DNA from: Chiloscyllium plagiosum
Taxonomy: Eukaryota
Reading direction: 5' to 3'
DNA length: 64,000 bases
Assembly (NCBI RefSeq): GCF_004010195.1
Contig: NC_057717.1
Location: 102,917,676 to 102,981,675, forward strand
In this document: piece after piece, positions 38,742-49,280 of the stretch
Position numbering within the stretch: the stretch's first letter is position 1
Layout of the letters: every line of letters starts with the position of its first letter
Notes under the pieces: model-generated
The model's database searches: none
What the model was told of the DNA's origin: nothing
What the model saw: only the letters and a program-made list of their open reading frames with translations
Translations under genes and position numbers: made by a program

Positions 38742-38835
38742 CTATGGTGACGAAACGTCTGAAAATGAACCTTCCAGCTCAGCGAGCAAACATCCAGAAC
38801 TTCAACCTGAGCTACAAATCTTCTCAAAACTCACT
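38742..38835 (+). mobile_element. Family E pLTR fragment
   Basis: gacgaaacgtctg..ccagctcagcgagca..gagctacaaatcttctc matches the reverse complement of 2028-2107. Confidence 0.75.
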
Positions 38836-38853
38836 ATCTACTTTGTTCCCCCC

Positions 38854-39197
38854 TTTATCCATTCGCAGGATGAGGCTGTCGCTGGCAGGGCAGCATTTAT
38901 TGCCCATCCCTAATTGCCCAGAGGACAGTTGAGAGTCAACCACATTGCTGTGGGTCTGGAATCACATGTAGGCCAGACCAGGTAAGGATGGCAGTTTCCT
39001 TCCCTAAAGCACATTAGTGAGCCAGATGAGTTTTTTTTTCCCTGACTATTAATTCATTAGATTCTTAATTCCAGATACTTTATTGAATTGAAATTCTACC
39101 ATCTGCCCTGGCAGGATTTGAACCCTGGTCCCCAGAATGTTATCTGGGTCTCTAAATTAACAGTCCAGTGATAATACCACTAGATCATCACCTCCCC
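38854..39197 (-). mobile_element. Second tRNA-derived SINE family sharing its tail with the CR1/L2-like LINE
   Basis: Reverse head with ctagtgg A-box-like and gggttcaaatcc B box; tail cagcatttattgcccatcccta also at 24358-24379; degenerate relatives at about 895-975, 49310-49490 and 55248-55490. Confidence 0.8.
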
Positions 39198-39344
39198 ATC
39201 TGTTATGCTACAAATTGCAGGAACTATATATCAGAAGCTTAAACTTGATAAGCCACCTCATGCTTGATATTTCTTATTTAGCATTCAAAATACCTGCTGA
39301 GCAGCTTAAGGTAAAGCCTCCACAGTCCAACTCTCATTACCGAA

Positions 39345-39696
39345 GCCAAGTTCAATTCTGGTTTCCCTGCTATTGGAAGGATGTTGTGAAATTGAAAAGG
39401 CTCAGAAAAGATTTACAAGGATGTTGCCAGGTTTGGAGGGTTTGAGCTACAGGGAGAGGCTGAATAGAACATAGAGCATAGAACATAGAAAAGTACAGCA
39501 CAGAATAGGGCCTTTGGCCCATGATGTTGTGCCGAGGATTAATCCTAATGTAAAATATAATAACTTCACCTACACATCCTTCAACTCACTGCTATCCATG
39601 TGCATGTCCAGCAATCGCTTAAATGTCCCCAATGACTCTGAATAGGCTGGGACTGTTTATTCTGAGGTGAAGGAGGCTGAGGGGTGACATTATTGA
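39345..39696 (+). mobile_element. CR1 internal fragment with an opposite-strand CR1 tail inserted at about 39468-39637
   Basis: VQFWFPCYWKDVVKLKR..; ctgaatag duplicated either side of the insert. Confidence 0.8.
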
Positions 39697-40165
39697 GATG
39701 GATCTGTACATCTCTTTGACACATCGGAGAAGGCAAGAGACTTTGCGGACAAATTAACTTAATCTGAACAATTTAGTATGTGTGTAGTGCTGTTTGGGTA
39801 TGTCTCTACTTTTCTTTAAGTCTTTAAAAAATCTTTAAGATTTTTTTTATTGGTAATAATCTGGTCTAAACTATGCTCAGGGGTGCTTTAGATGTGTACT
39901 TTCAATTTCTAAGTTAAATTGTACTTACTTGTTTTTCTTTCAAAATTTCTTTGTTCACATTGTTATTTCAAGGTGTATTTTCTTTCTTTTGTGCTTGTGT
40001 TTGTGGCGCGGCTCTAGCTGGGAGGAGGGAAAATGGTTGGGATGGTTAGGCGCCTACTTACAGGCAGTTTATGCCTGGTTCAGGTATTTAAATGCCTGGG
40101 CTGCAGTTTTGGCAGTGGGATGGGAAATTGGGTTTTGGCAAGTGATCAAATTACCCCCTTTAGTG
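39697..40165 (+). mobile_element. L1-like fragment: ORF1 C-terminus and T-rich inter-ORF spacer
   Basis: 39697-39762 translates DGSVHLFDTSEKARDFADKLT*, resembling the fish L1 ORF1p end. Confidence 0.55.
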
Positions 40166-40439
40166 AAATAAGGAAAACCTGCAGCCTTTCACCGTAATGG
40201 AGATGAATAAGAACATCTCACAAAATGGCAAATGTTTTTATTATCGGTGATATGCTTAATGGTGTCATTATCGGTGTGACTACTAGATCTTCTGTAAACC
40301 ATTAATAACTCACTGAATTGTGATGTTTCCATTTAGTCCCATAGCCCCCTTATCTAACCTAAGTAATATTATTCCATTGCCTGAAATAACGTTTTTATGA
40401 ATAGTAGGACTTTAAAAGTTGAGGTAGGTATTGGAAAAT

Positions 40440-40960
40440 GCCACCATCAACACCCTCATGCTCCCATGCTCTTGCCCAAAGCCCCCAACCCCACCACTTC
40501 CTGACCTCCACCTTATTCCACAGTCCTCCATTCCCAAACCCTTCATTCACCCACCTCCACACACCCGACCAACAGACACTGACCCCCACCCACACCCTGC
40601 CTCATTCTCTCATCCTCATTCACTGACAATGCCCTTCATCCCAAACCCCACCTTGTCCACCCGGCCCAGTCCCCACACTCTGTCCAACAAGGTCACTATC
40701 CACACCGTTCACCCATACCCCCACACCTTGTTGAATGGTGTTTTATTCCACCCTGTCACCACCCAACACCGTCCTCACTTCCTCATCCACCTCCCTCATG
40801 TCCCCACACCCTGTCCACAGACACCCGTCCCATTCACATCCCCTTCATTCATTGTCCAACACCCCTCATCCCAAACCCCCTCATCCATCCACCCACTCAT
40901 ATCCCTGTTCAACAGAATCCCACAGACACCCTATCATCATCCTCCATCCCCATTCTCAGC
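40440..40960. repeat. C-rich, G-poor low-complexity tract
   Basis: Repeated ccca/cctcat/cacacc words with very few G. Confidence 0.85.
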
Positions 40961-41956
40961 CAGAATGATTAACAATATTGGCCAAATCCCCTATCAATCA
41001 CTGCTTTAGATAACTGGGATTGGTTTGAAGTGTAATACCATCATTTTCTAGCCCTCATTCACAGAGTGATTTGGAGAAAGCTCCTTGTTTTCATTGTGAG
41101 AAGTTGTTACAAGCCCAGTCATGGGTTCTGTTTATGGTAGACTTTGTTCGCTGTCAAATAATCCATTTACTGTGCGTCCTGCTGTAATTCTCACCTTTGG
41201 CAGACACAGTGGTGTCAGTGTAACAAACTCTTCAAATGAAGAATGTAACTGTTGTGTTGTCCTGTTCATCTCAAACACACCAGTCCGACTGGTCCAACAA
41301 TGATGAGGGTTCCTTCTTGGAAGGTATGAGGGTGGAATGGTGGTCTACAAGAATAGTGCCTGGAAGGTGAGCTCTCAGCCACTTGTAAATGCTGTCAAAT
41401 GGGATTAGATTAGGTTAGGATATCTGGCTGGCATGGACAAGTTGGACTGATGGGTTTGTTTCCATGCTGGACATCTCTATGACAATGAGCAAACTGACAA
41501 AACTGTGATTGTCTTTAGAGCAGCAAACGCCGAGAGCAGATTTTATACAGGTCTTTAAGCTTATGAAGTGTTTTGACATGGTAATGAGGAGAGATAGTTC
41601 CCATTGGTTGAAGCAATAAGCACCTCCCATATTCTGTATAAATGAGTGGGTCTCAGACTAAGTGAACTACCATTGAGTTTCAGCTTTGTCTCCAGCAGGG
41701 TATTTGTCCCTAATGACACAATGCTCATGTTAGTTTCCACATTAGTGATTGATGTAGGTAACGTGGTATTGAAAAATTCAACAGGTGTTTATTACAGCTC
41801 CAATGTGTACCAACATTGTAGTAATCAGAGGGCACAAATTTAAAATAATAAGCTTAAAAATAATGGGGGATAATGAGAAAGAATTTGATATTTGAAAACA
41901 AATTGCTGTGATCTAGAATGTGTTGTCAGAAAGGGATAGGGAGCAGATTCAGTTGT

Positions 41957-42273
41957 GGGGTGGCATGGTGGCTCAGTGGTTAGCACTGCTGCCTCATGAT
42001 GCCAGGGACCTGAGTTCGATTCCAACCTTGGGGCACAGTCTGTGTGGAGTTTGCACATTCTCCCCGTGTCTATGTGAGTTTCCTCCCACAATCCAAAGAA
42101 GTGCTGGTTAAGTGGATTGGCCGTGCTAAATTACCCCATAGTGTCCAGGGGTGCGTAGGTTTGCTATGGAAAATGTTACGGTTATAGAGAAGGGGGTGAG
42201 TCTGGGTGAGATGCTGTTTGTAGAGTCAGTTTGGGCTGACTGGCCTGTTTCCACACTTTGGGGGATTCTATGA
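41957..42273 (+). mobile_element. HE1 SINE
   Basis: Head, V-domain and ggggattctatga tail. Confidence 0.9.
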
Positions 42274-43741
42274 TCAGACAATGGGTTACCATTGCCTCAG
42301 ACAAGGGGCATTACTGAGAAACTAGGACCTTCAGCCTGGGTGGGAACTGAATCCACCCTGTTAACATCGCTATACATTACAAACCAGCAGTCCAGCTGCA
42401 CTGACCCGGTGGGTATGATGTGATCCACACTTGGTCTCAGGTTCACTCAGAATGTAGGAGGCATTTATTACTTCAGTCTCAATATCAGCTATCTGACCCC
42501 AATGCTGAAGACTGTTGACAGTTGGGTGAACAGAAAGATTTTTGTTTGTGATATGGCGACACAATGAATGCCCAAACCAAAGGGAGCTGGATAAATACTC
42601 TCAAAGGACAGATGGTCAGGTTGATGGGGCAAGAGCAGGGGAGCAGATCTAACTGGATAGATTTATCAATGAGCAGTTAAGGCAAGATGGGCAGAGCAAG
42701 CTCCATTTATGGTGTATGATTCTATCCTTATTAGTACTTATTTCTGGTAGAAACTCAGTTACTCACCAACAGTACTGAGACTGAAGCAATAATTGATTCC
42801 TACATTCTGACTGATGGACTAGGCCTGAGACCGAGTGTGGAACATATTCTACCCATCGAGTCAGTCTAAGTGGTTGATAGTATGTTTTGTATCTAACCTA
42901 AACTGTTGCATAGTGTTTTTTTTTGCAAAACTTTAATTAAGACAATACCCCTTAATGATCCACCAGTATGCCTCCAACAAAAGGGTGTTTAAGCAACATT
43001 CTTGTCAAGTGCTTGTGGTTGTTGTTATGCATTCTCTGAAGGTCAGGTTCTGTATGTGACAGCAATTATAATGTAATAAAAACCAGGGCACAGATCAATA
43101 TGCTAATAACCTTTCTATTCTCTATTTGCACCTGCCAATCTTGTGCAGGTCTCTGCTTGGACCAAACTTGAGAGATGCATCCAAAAGCAGTTGACGTAAC
43201 CTTTGCTTGATTCAATTAGGTTTTATCTCATTTAACTGGTGCTCTGCACTGCTCCAGAGTGTGTATCAGCTTAACTGTGAGAGTGCTAATTGTGCTGTCT
43301 CTCCTCGATTCTCATTCTGATCGCAATCGGACTGAATTCTGAGTGTGTCATTAGCAGAGAAGAGATGCTGAAATTGGGGCACAGGCAAGGGCAGCTGTGT
43401 TTGGAGTGATGCCCGTGTTTAAGTCAGGCAGTGTAGTTAAGATGCTAATTCCACAGCCTTCGATGGCAGAATCAATGCAATTCAACAGAAGGTGAAGGGT
43501 CAAATGCAAATTGTAATGACGCCAAGTCTCTGACTCGATCAAAGCTCACCATTCACAAGCTGTTTCTATCTTCTGCTGGTTGTGCAGAATGAGCTCCTTC
43601 CATAGAAGCAGAGAGAATAGGGACAGGAAAAGGCCATCCAGCCTGCTCCACCATTCAATGTGCTTATGGTTGATCATCCAACTCAATCCCCTATTCCCAC
43701 TTTCTCCCCAAGCCCTAAGACCTGTATCTAACTCTGACTTA

Positions 43742-44441
43742 GGGTCATAGAGCTGTACAGCACGGAAACAGACCCTTCGGTCCAACTTGTCCAATCCGAC
43801 CAGATATCCCAACCCAATCTAGTCCCACCTGCCAGCACCCGACCCATATTCCTCCAAACCCTTCCTATTCATATACCCATCCAAATGCCTTTTACATGTA
43901 GTAATTGTACCAGCCTCCACCATTTCCTCTGGCAGCTCATTCTATAAACGTACCACCCTCTGCGTGAAAAGGTTGCCCCTTAGGTCTCTTTTATATCTTT
44001 TCCCTCTCACCCTAAACCTATGTTCTCTAGTTCTGGACTCCCCCACCCCAGGGAAAACACTTTGTCTATTTAATCTACCCATGCCCCTCATGATTTTATA
44101 AATCTCAATAAGGTCAACCCTCAGCCTCTGATGCTCCAGGAAAACAGCCCCAGCCTAATCAGCCTCTCCTTGTAGCTCAAATCCTCCAACCCTGGCAACG
44201 TCCTTGTAAGTATTTTCTGAACCCTTTTAAGTTTCACAACATCTTTCTGATAGGAAGGAGACCAGAATTGCATGCAATATTCCAACAGTTGCCTAACCAA
44301 TGTCCTGTACAGCCGCAACATGACCTCCCAACTCTTGTACTCAATACCCTGACCAATAAATGAAAGCGTACCAAACACCTTCTTCACTATCCTAACAGTG
44401 GCCGAACCAATGTCCTGTACAGCCACAACATGACCTCCCAA
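43742..44441 (-). mobile_element. CR1 (HER1-like) LINE, 5'-truncated, inserted in an older CR1 (about 43610-43740 and 44460-44760)
   Basis: ORF 44121..44465 FGTLSFIGQGIEYKSWEVMLRLYRTLVR..; older host ORF 44462..44743 RRNIFTQRV. Confidence 0.92.
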
Positions 44442-44864
44442 AAGTATTATTTCTTTTGGCCTCAACTGCTTTCTGTAGCAGGAAATTCCACAGGCTCCCC
44501 CACTCTCTGGGTGAAGATATTTCTCCTCACCTCAATCCTAAATGGCCTACTCCTTATCCTGCGCCTGTGTCCCCTGATTCTGGATTGTTCAGTTATCAGG
44601 GACATCCTTCCTGTGTTTACCCTGTCTAGCCCTGTTAGAAGTTTATAGGTTCCTGTGAAATGCCCCCTCATTCTTCTCCCAGTGAATATAATCCTAATCA
44701 TAATCCTAATCTCAGTCTCTCTCTCAGACCTCAGTCCTGCCATCCCAGGAATCAGTCCAGTTGGTTGTTTATCAGTTTATGGCATATGATTCAATAAAGC
44801 ACTTATTTGAGATGATAACTCCATTGTTCACCAGGACTACTGAGATTGAAGAAATACACACCAG

Positions 44865-45227
44865 AGGTGCTGGTGTTGGACTGGGGTGGACAAAAGTCAG
44901 AAGTCAGACAACGCAGCATCCAGGGAACAGGAGAATCGACGTTTCGGGCATAAGCCCTTCTTCAGGCTTATGCCCGAAACGTCGATTCTCCTGTTCCTTG
45001 GATGCTGCCTGACCTGCTGCGCTTTTCCAGCAACACATTTTCAGCTCTGATCTCCAGCATCTGCTGACCTCACTTTCTCCTCAGAAGTCAGACAACACCG
45101 AGTTATAGTCCAACAGGTTACAGTCACTCCTTCATCTGACAAAGGAGCAGCGCTCCAAAACTTGTGATTTCAAATTAACCTGTTGGACTATAACCTGGTG
45201 TCGTGTGACTTCTGACTTTGTCCACCT
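44865..45227. mobile_element. Family F fold-back short element hosting a family A insert
   Basis: ggtggacaaaagtcagaagtca..gttatagtccaacaggtt / aacctgttggactataac..tgacttctgactttgtccacc inverted arms; degenerate hammerhead tctgacaaaggagcagcgctccaaaa at about 45136-45160. Confidence 0.85.
44913..45080. mobile_element. Family A fold-back short element (young)
   Basis: Perfect 16-bp TSD tcagaagtcagacaac at 44897-44912 and 45081-45096; 44-bp inverted arms; minus-strand core CUGAAGA-A-GGGC(UUAU)GCCC-GAAA-CG-UC. Confidence 0.93.
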
Positions 45228-45465
45228 GAATAAATGAATAAAGCTCAGACCAAACAAACTGACACTATGGTGTGAGCTTTTCCTTCAGGCGGGTTTTTGT
45301 CTGGTATGGTGCAATGCTAATGCTAGCTCCAGGAACAAGAATGAGATGCGAGTAACTTGGCATTGAAAGATTCAGTAGATGTATATTACTACTCTTACAT
45401 GTAAATATATCATGATCGCAGTCACTTCAGTGTCTGGGCTAATATTAAGTTGGTCAGCTGCAAAC

Positions 45466-45777
45466 AGATTAAATTCCCTACAGTGTGAAAACAGACCATT
45501 TGGCCCAACAAGTCCACATCGACCCTCCGAAGTGTAACCCACCCAGACCCATTCCCCTACCCTACTTTTACCTCTGACTAATGCACCTAACACTATGGGG
45601 CAATTTAGCGTGGCCAATTCACCTAATCTGCATATCTTTGGATTGTGGGAGGAAACCCATGCAGACACAGGGAAAATGTGCAAACTCCACTCGGACAGTC
45701 ACCCAGTATGGGAATTGAGCCTGGGTCCCTGGCACTGTGAGGTAGCAGTGCTAACCACTGAACCACCATGCCACCCA
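45466..45777 (-). mobile_element. HE1 SINE
   Basis: Full-length reverse copy. Confidence 0.9.
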
Positions 45778-45927
45778 TGTGCAATGTGCCATGTCATGTC
45801 ATGCTTTAAGTGACCCGAGTTAAGATGGAATATGAGACCTTTATACTTTCAGCTTACATGCTGTCACAGGGATGATATCATGAGCATGTATCTTAAACGT
45901 ACAATGAGATACTTCTCATGACTGGGA

Positions 45928-46240
45928 TGGGGCAACACAGTGGCTCCATCTTTAGCGCTGCTGCCTCACAGTGCCAGAGACCTGGCTTTGATTCCAACCT
46001 TGGGTGACTCTCTGTGTAGGTTTCTTCCGGGTGCTCCAGTTTCCTCCCACAGTCCATAGATGGATAGGTTAGATGGATCGGCCATGCTAAATCGTCCCTA
46101 GTGCCCAGGGATGTGCAGACTAAATGGGTTAGCCTTGGGAAATGCGGGATTACAAGGACAGAATAGGGGACTGGGTCTGGATGGGATGCTTTTTGAAGGG
46201 TTGGTGTGGACCTGATGGTTCAGACTGTCCAGATTCTATG
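45928..46240 (+). mobile_element. HE1 SINE (older)
   Basis: ctgctgcctcacagtgccagagacc..tttcctcccacagtcc..gattctatg. Confidence 0.85.
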
Positions 46241-46418
46241 AGACATGACTCACCACGTGATTCTGTTCGCCCTATCAGCTCAGAATTGAGTCGACAAGGT
46301 GCATTGGTGTTTAACCTCAGCAAGCTCTACATGTGTTTACACAACTCAAGCTGAATCCTATTTTGGCATACTGCACCCTCCACCATTCCACTGTTTTAAC
46401 TTCCTGTTCATGTCTCTC

Positions 46419-46648
46419 TTTAGATTAGATTAGATTAGATTACAGTGTGGAAACAGGCCCTTCGGCCCAACAAGTCCACACTGATCCGCCGAAGCGAAAC
46501 CCACCCATACCCCTACATTTACCCCTTACCTAATACTACAGACAATTTAGTATGGCCAATTCACCTGACCCTGCACATCTTTGGATGGTGGGAGGAAACC
46601 GGAGCACCCGGAGGAAACCCACGCAGACACGGGGAGAACGTGCAAACT
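46419..46648 (-). mobile_element. HE1 SINE 3' part, (ATCTA)n subfamily
   Basis: (ttaga)n tail; closely similar to 63854-64000 and 56887-57208. Confidence 0.9.
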
Positions 46649-47238
46649 CTTCTTCAGCATTGTCTCCTCTAACCCCAGTGTTTCCCATTTGAAGACCAGG
46701 CTTTGAGACCTTGCAGTCTCTCCCTCCTCTCTATTGTCAGTTCCCGAGCTGCACATTTGGCCCATACCTGGATTGATTCTTTCCCCTGCCTTATTACCAC
46801 AGAGCAAAGGCAGGGGCTCTCTTTCTGTTTTGTGCCATATTCAGGTAAACCTCAGTTGGGGATCACAGCAGTCTGTGAAGGAGATCACTCTCTCAGACGC
46901 TCTTACAATGCACTGTAAACTCCATCTTAAATTAACATGCTAACGGAGAACAATGTGAGACTTCCAACCAGGGAATAAAGATCTTTCATTCATATAGCAT
47001 CCTTCATGACCTGAATGTCCCAAAGTACTCTTTGGCTAATGAAGTACATTTGAAACAACATAATGGCTAGGTAACCTGACTTTTTTTTTCGGGGTTGGGG
47101 GTTAAGTATTGACAAGGACGCCAATGAGAATTCCCATGCATAAGTTCAAAGTAGACCTACAAGATCTCCAACCTGACAGAGCCTCAGTATAACATCTCCA
47201 GCGACAACCTGGCACTCGCTCAGTACTGTCCTGAGAGT

Positions 47239-47459
47239 TGAAAAGTGCTGCGCTAGAAAAGCACAGCAGGTCAGGCAGCGCCTGAGGAGCATGGGAGTCG
47301 ACGTTTCAGGCAGAAGGCCTCCATCACAAATGAATGAAGGGATTATGCCCGAAACGTCAACTCTCTTGCGCCTCGGATGCTGCCTGACCCGCTTTTTACC
47401 AGTGGCCACACTTTTCAACTCTGACTCTCCTGCATCTTCAGTCCTCACTTTCCTCCTCC
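47239..47459. mobile_element. Family A fold-back short element inside a Deu-SINE remnant
   Basis: Inverted arms; TSD actg(t/a)cctgagagt at 47225-47238 and 47460-47473. Confidence 0.85.
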
Positions 47460-48179
47460 ACTGACCTGAGAGTGTCAATCTTGTCTTCATTTTATGCTTC
47501 AGTCCCTAGTACTGGGTTCAAACCTCTGACCTCCAAATTTAGAAATAAGAATGTTATGAGTTGAGCAACCACCTGAAGCCAAGGGAAGGAATTGTGATGG
47601 CAGGGTAATTCAATCCACTGAAGTTCCTGAGAACCACAGAGACTGAGGGAAAGCTTGTACTAGAATGAATTGCACTGCTCTGCGCTCCAATCTCATCACT
47701 TTACCTTCTAATGTCAGTGACCCTTCAAACTGCAAAGTAGACCGGAGGGGCTGAGTAACAAATGGAGGATTAATAGAACAACAACGACAGCAGTTCCTTG
47801 TCTTTTCATCAGTGGCCACTTCTGGAGATCCATAAATCATACGCAGCAACCATCTCCGCAGAGAATATAATCCCAGTAACTCAATAATTCATTAGACCCT
47901 GCAGCAGACATCCCACTTAGTTAAAACTCTGTGACAGGCGCAGCGACAGGCACCTGGAAATAACAGAATATATTTCCTATCTATCACTGCAGCCAGCTAT
48001 TCATTCCTTTTAGTTTCCGACCACTGGTGGTTTGTGGCCGGGGAAGTTTGCAGCCACCAGTCCTCCAAAGAAAAATAGCCTTAAATAACCTCCAGTTGTT
48101 CTTTCATTGGATGTGGGTATGAGCGGCAAGGACAGCGTGTATTGCTTGTCTCTCATTGTCATTGAACTGAGTGGCTTGA

Positions 48180-49280
48180 CTGTAAGATATGGCAGCAACA
48201 GTAGGCCATTCAGCCCATCGAGTCCACTTCACCAATCAACAGGATCGTGGCTGATCCTCAACCCCACTTTCCTGCCTTTTCCCCCCACAATGCTTGATTC
48301 CCGTCCTTGTTAAGAATCTATCCCAGCCTTGAATAAGCTTAACGGCCCAGCCTCGATAGTTCTCTGTGGTAAAGATATTCCACAGGTTCACTGCTCTCTG
48401 ATAGTCATGGAGTTATGCATCGCAGAAACACACACTTTGGTCCAACCAATCCATGTTGACCATAGTCCCAAACTAAACTAGCTCCACTGCCTGCATTTGA
48501 CCATATCCCTCCAAACCTTTCCTATTCATTTGCTTATCTAAGTGTCTTTTAAACATTGCAACTGTACACATCTACCAATTCCTCAGGAAGTTCATTCCAC
48601 GTGCGAACCACCCTCTGTGTAAAACATTTGCCCCTTATGTCTTTTTAAATCTCTCCCTCTCCCTTTAAAGATATGCCCCCTAGTCTTGAAATACCCGGCC
48701 CAAGGGAAAAGACACCTTCCATTAACCCTATCCTCATCTCTGTCTTAAATATGCGACCCCTTATTCTGAGTTGAAGCCCTCTGGTGCTAGACTGTCCTGC
48801 CAGAGGAAACATTCTCTCCGTACCTGTCCTGTCACATCCACTAGAACCTTGCATGTTACTGTAGTGTTTGTAACGAGGTCAGCCAGGTGGACCTCATAGA
48901 ATATGAGTTCCCTGATTGGGGCTGTTAATCAGGGAGCCCTGGCTGACAGATAGGAACAGGAGTGTCACGCTGAGAGCTGGCTCTGATGGAACTAGATCAG
49001 TGTCATACCTTATGCATGTGTAAATAAAGGGTGACTTGGTGACGGGATACCAGCCTCTGTGGAGTTATTTCAGTCTCGGTAAGATCACCTCTCATTTTTC
49101 CCAAACTCTCAATGAATTTAAACTGGCCCAAGCCACACAATCTCTCCTCAGAAGGCAATTCCTCCATACCTGGTCCCAGCCTAGTCAATCATCTCCAGTC
49201 TACCTCCAATGCCAATATATCTTTCCCTTGATAAGGGGACTACAGCTGTTCACGGGTATTCCAGCTGTGGTCTGACTCTA
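48180..49280 (-). mobile_element. Older CR1 3' fragment with nested younger CR1 tail (about 48400-48730) and LTR
   Basis: MTRLGPGMEELPSEERL..MRGDLTE; ERMFPLAGQSSTRG..LRIRGRIFKTEMR. Confidence 0.8.
48869..49072 (+). mobile_element. Probable short solo LTR
   Basis: TGTAAC..TTTCA termini, internal AATAAA at about 49023; interrupts a CR1 fragment. Confidence 0.55.

Noticed and set aside
40431..41009. 192-aa Pro/His-rich ORF
   Set aside because: Product of a C-rich low-complexity tract, with no domain or splice evidence.
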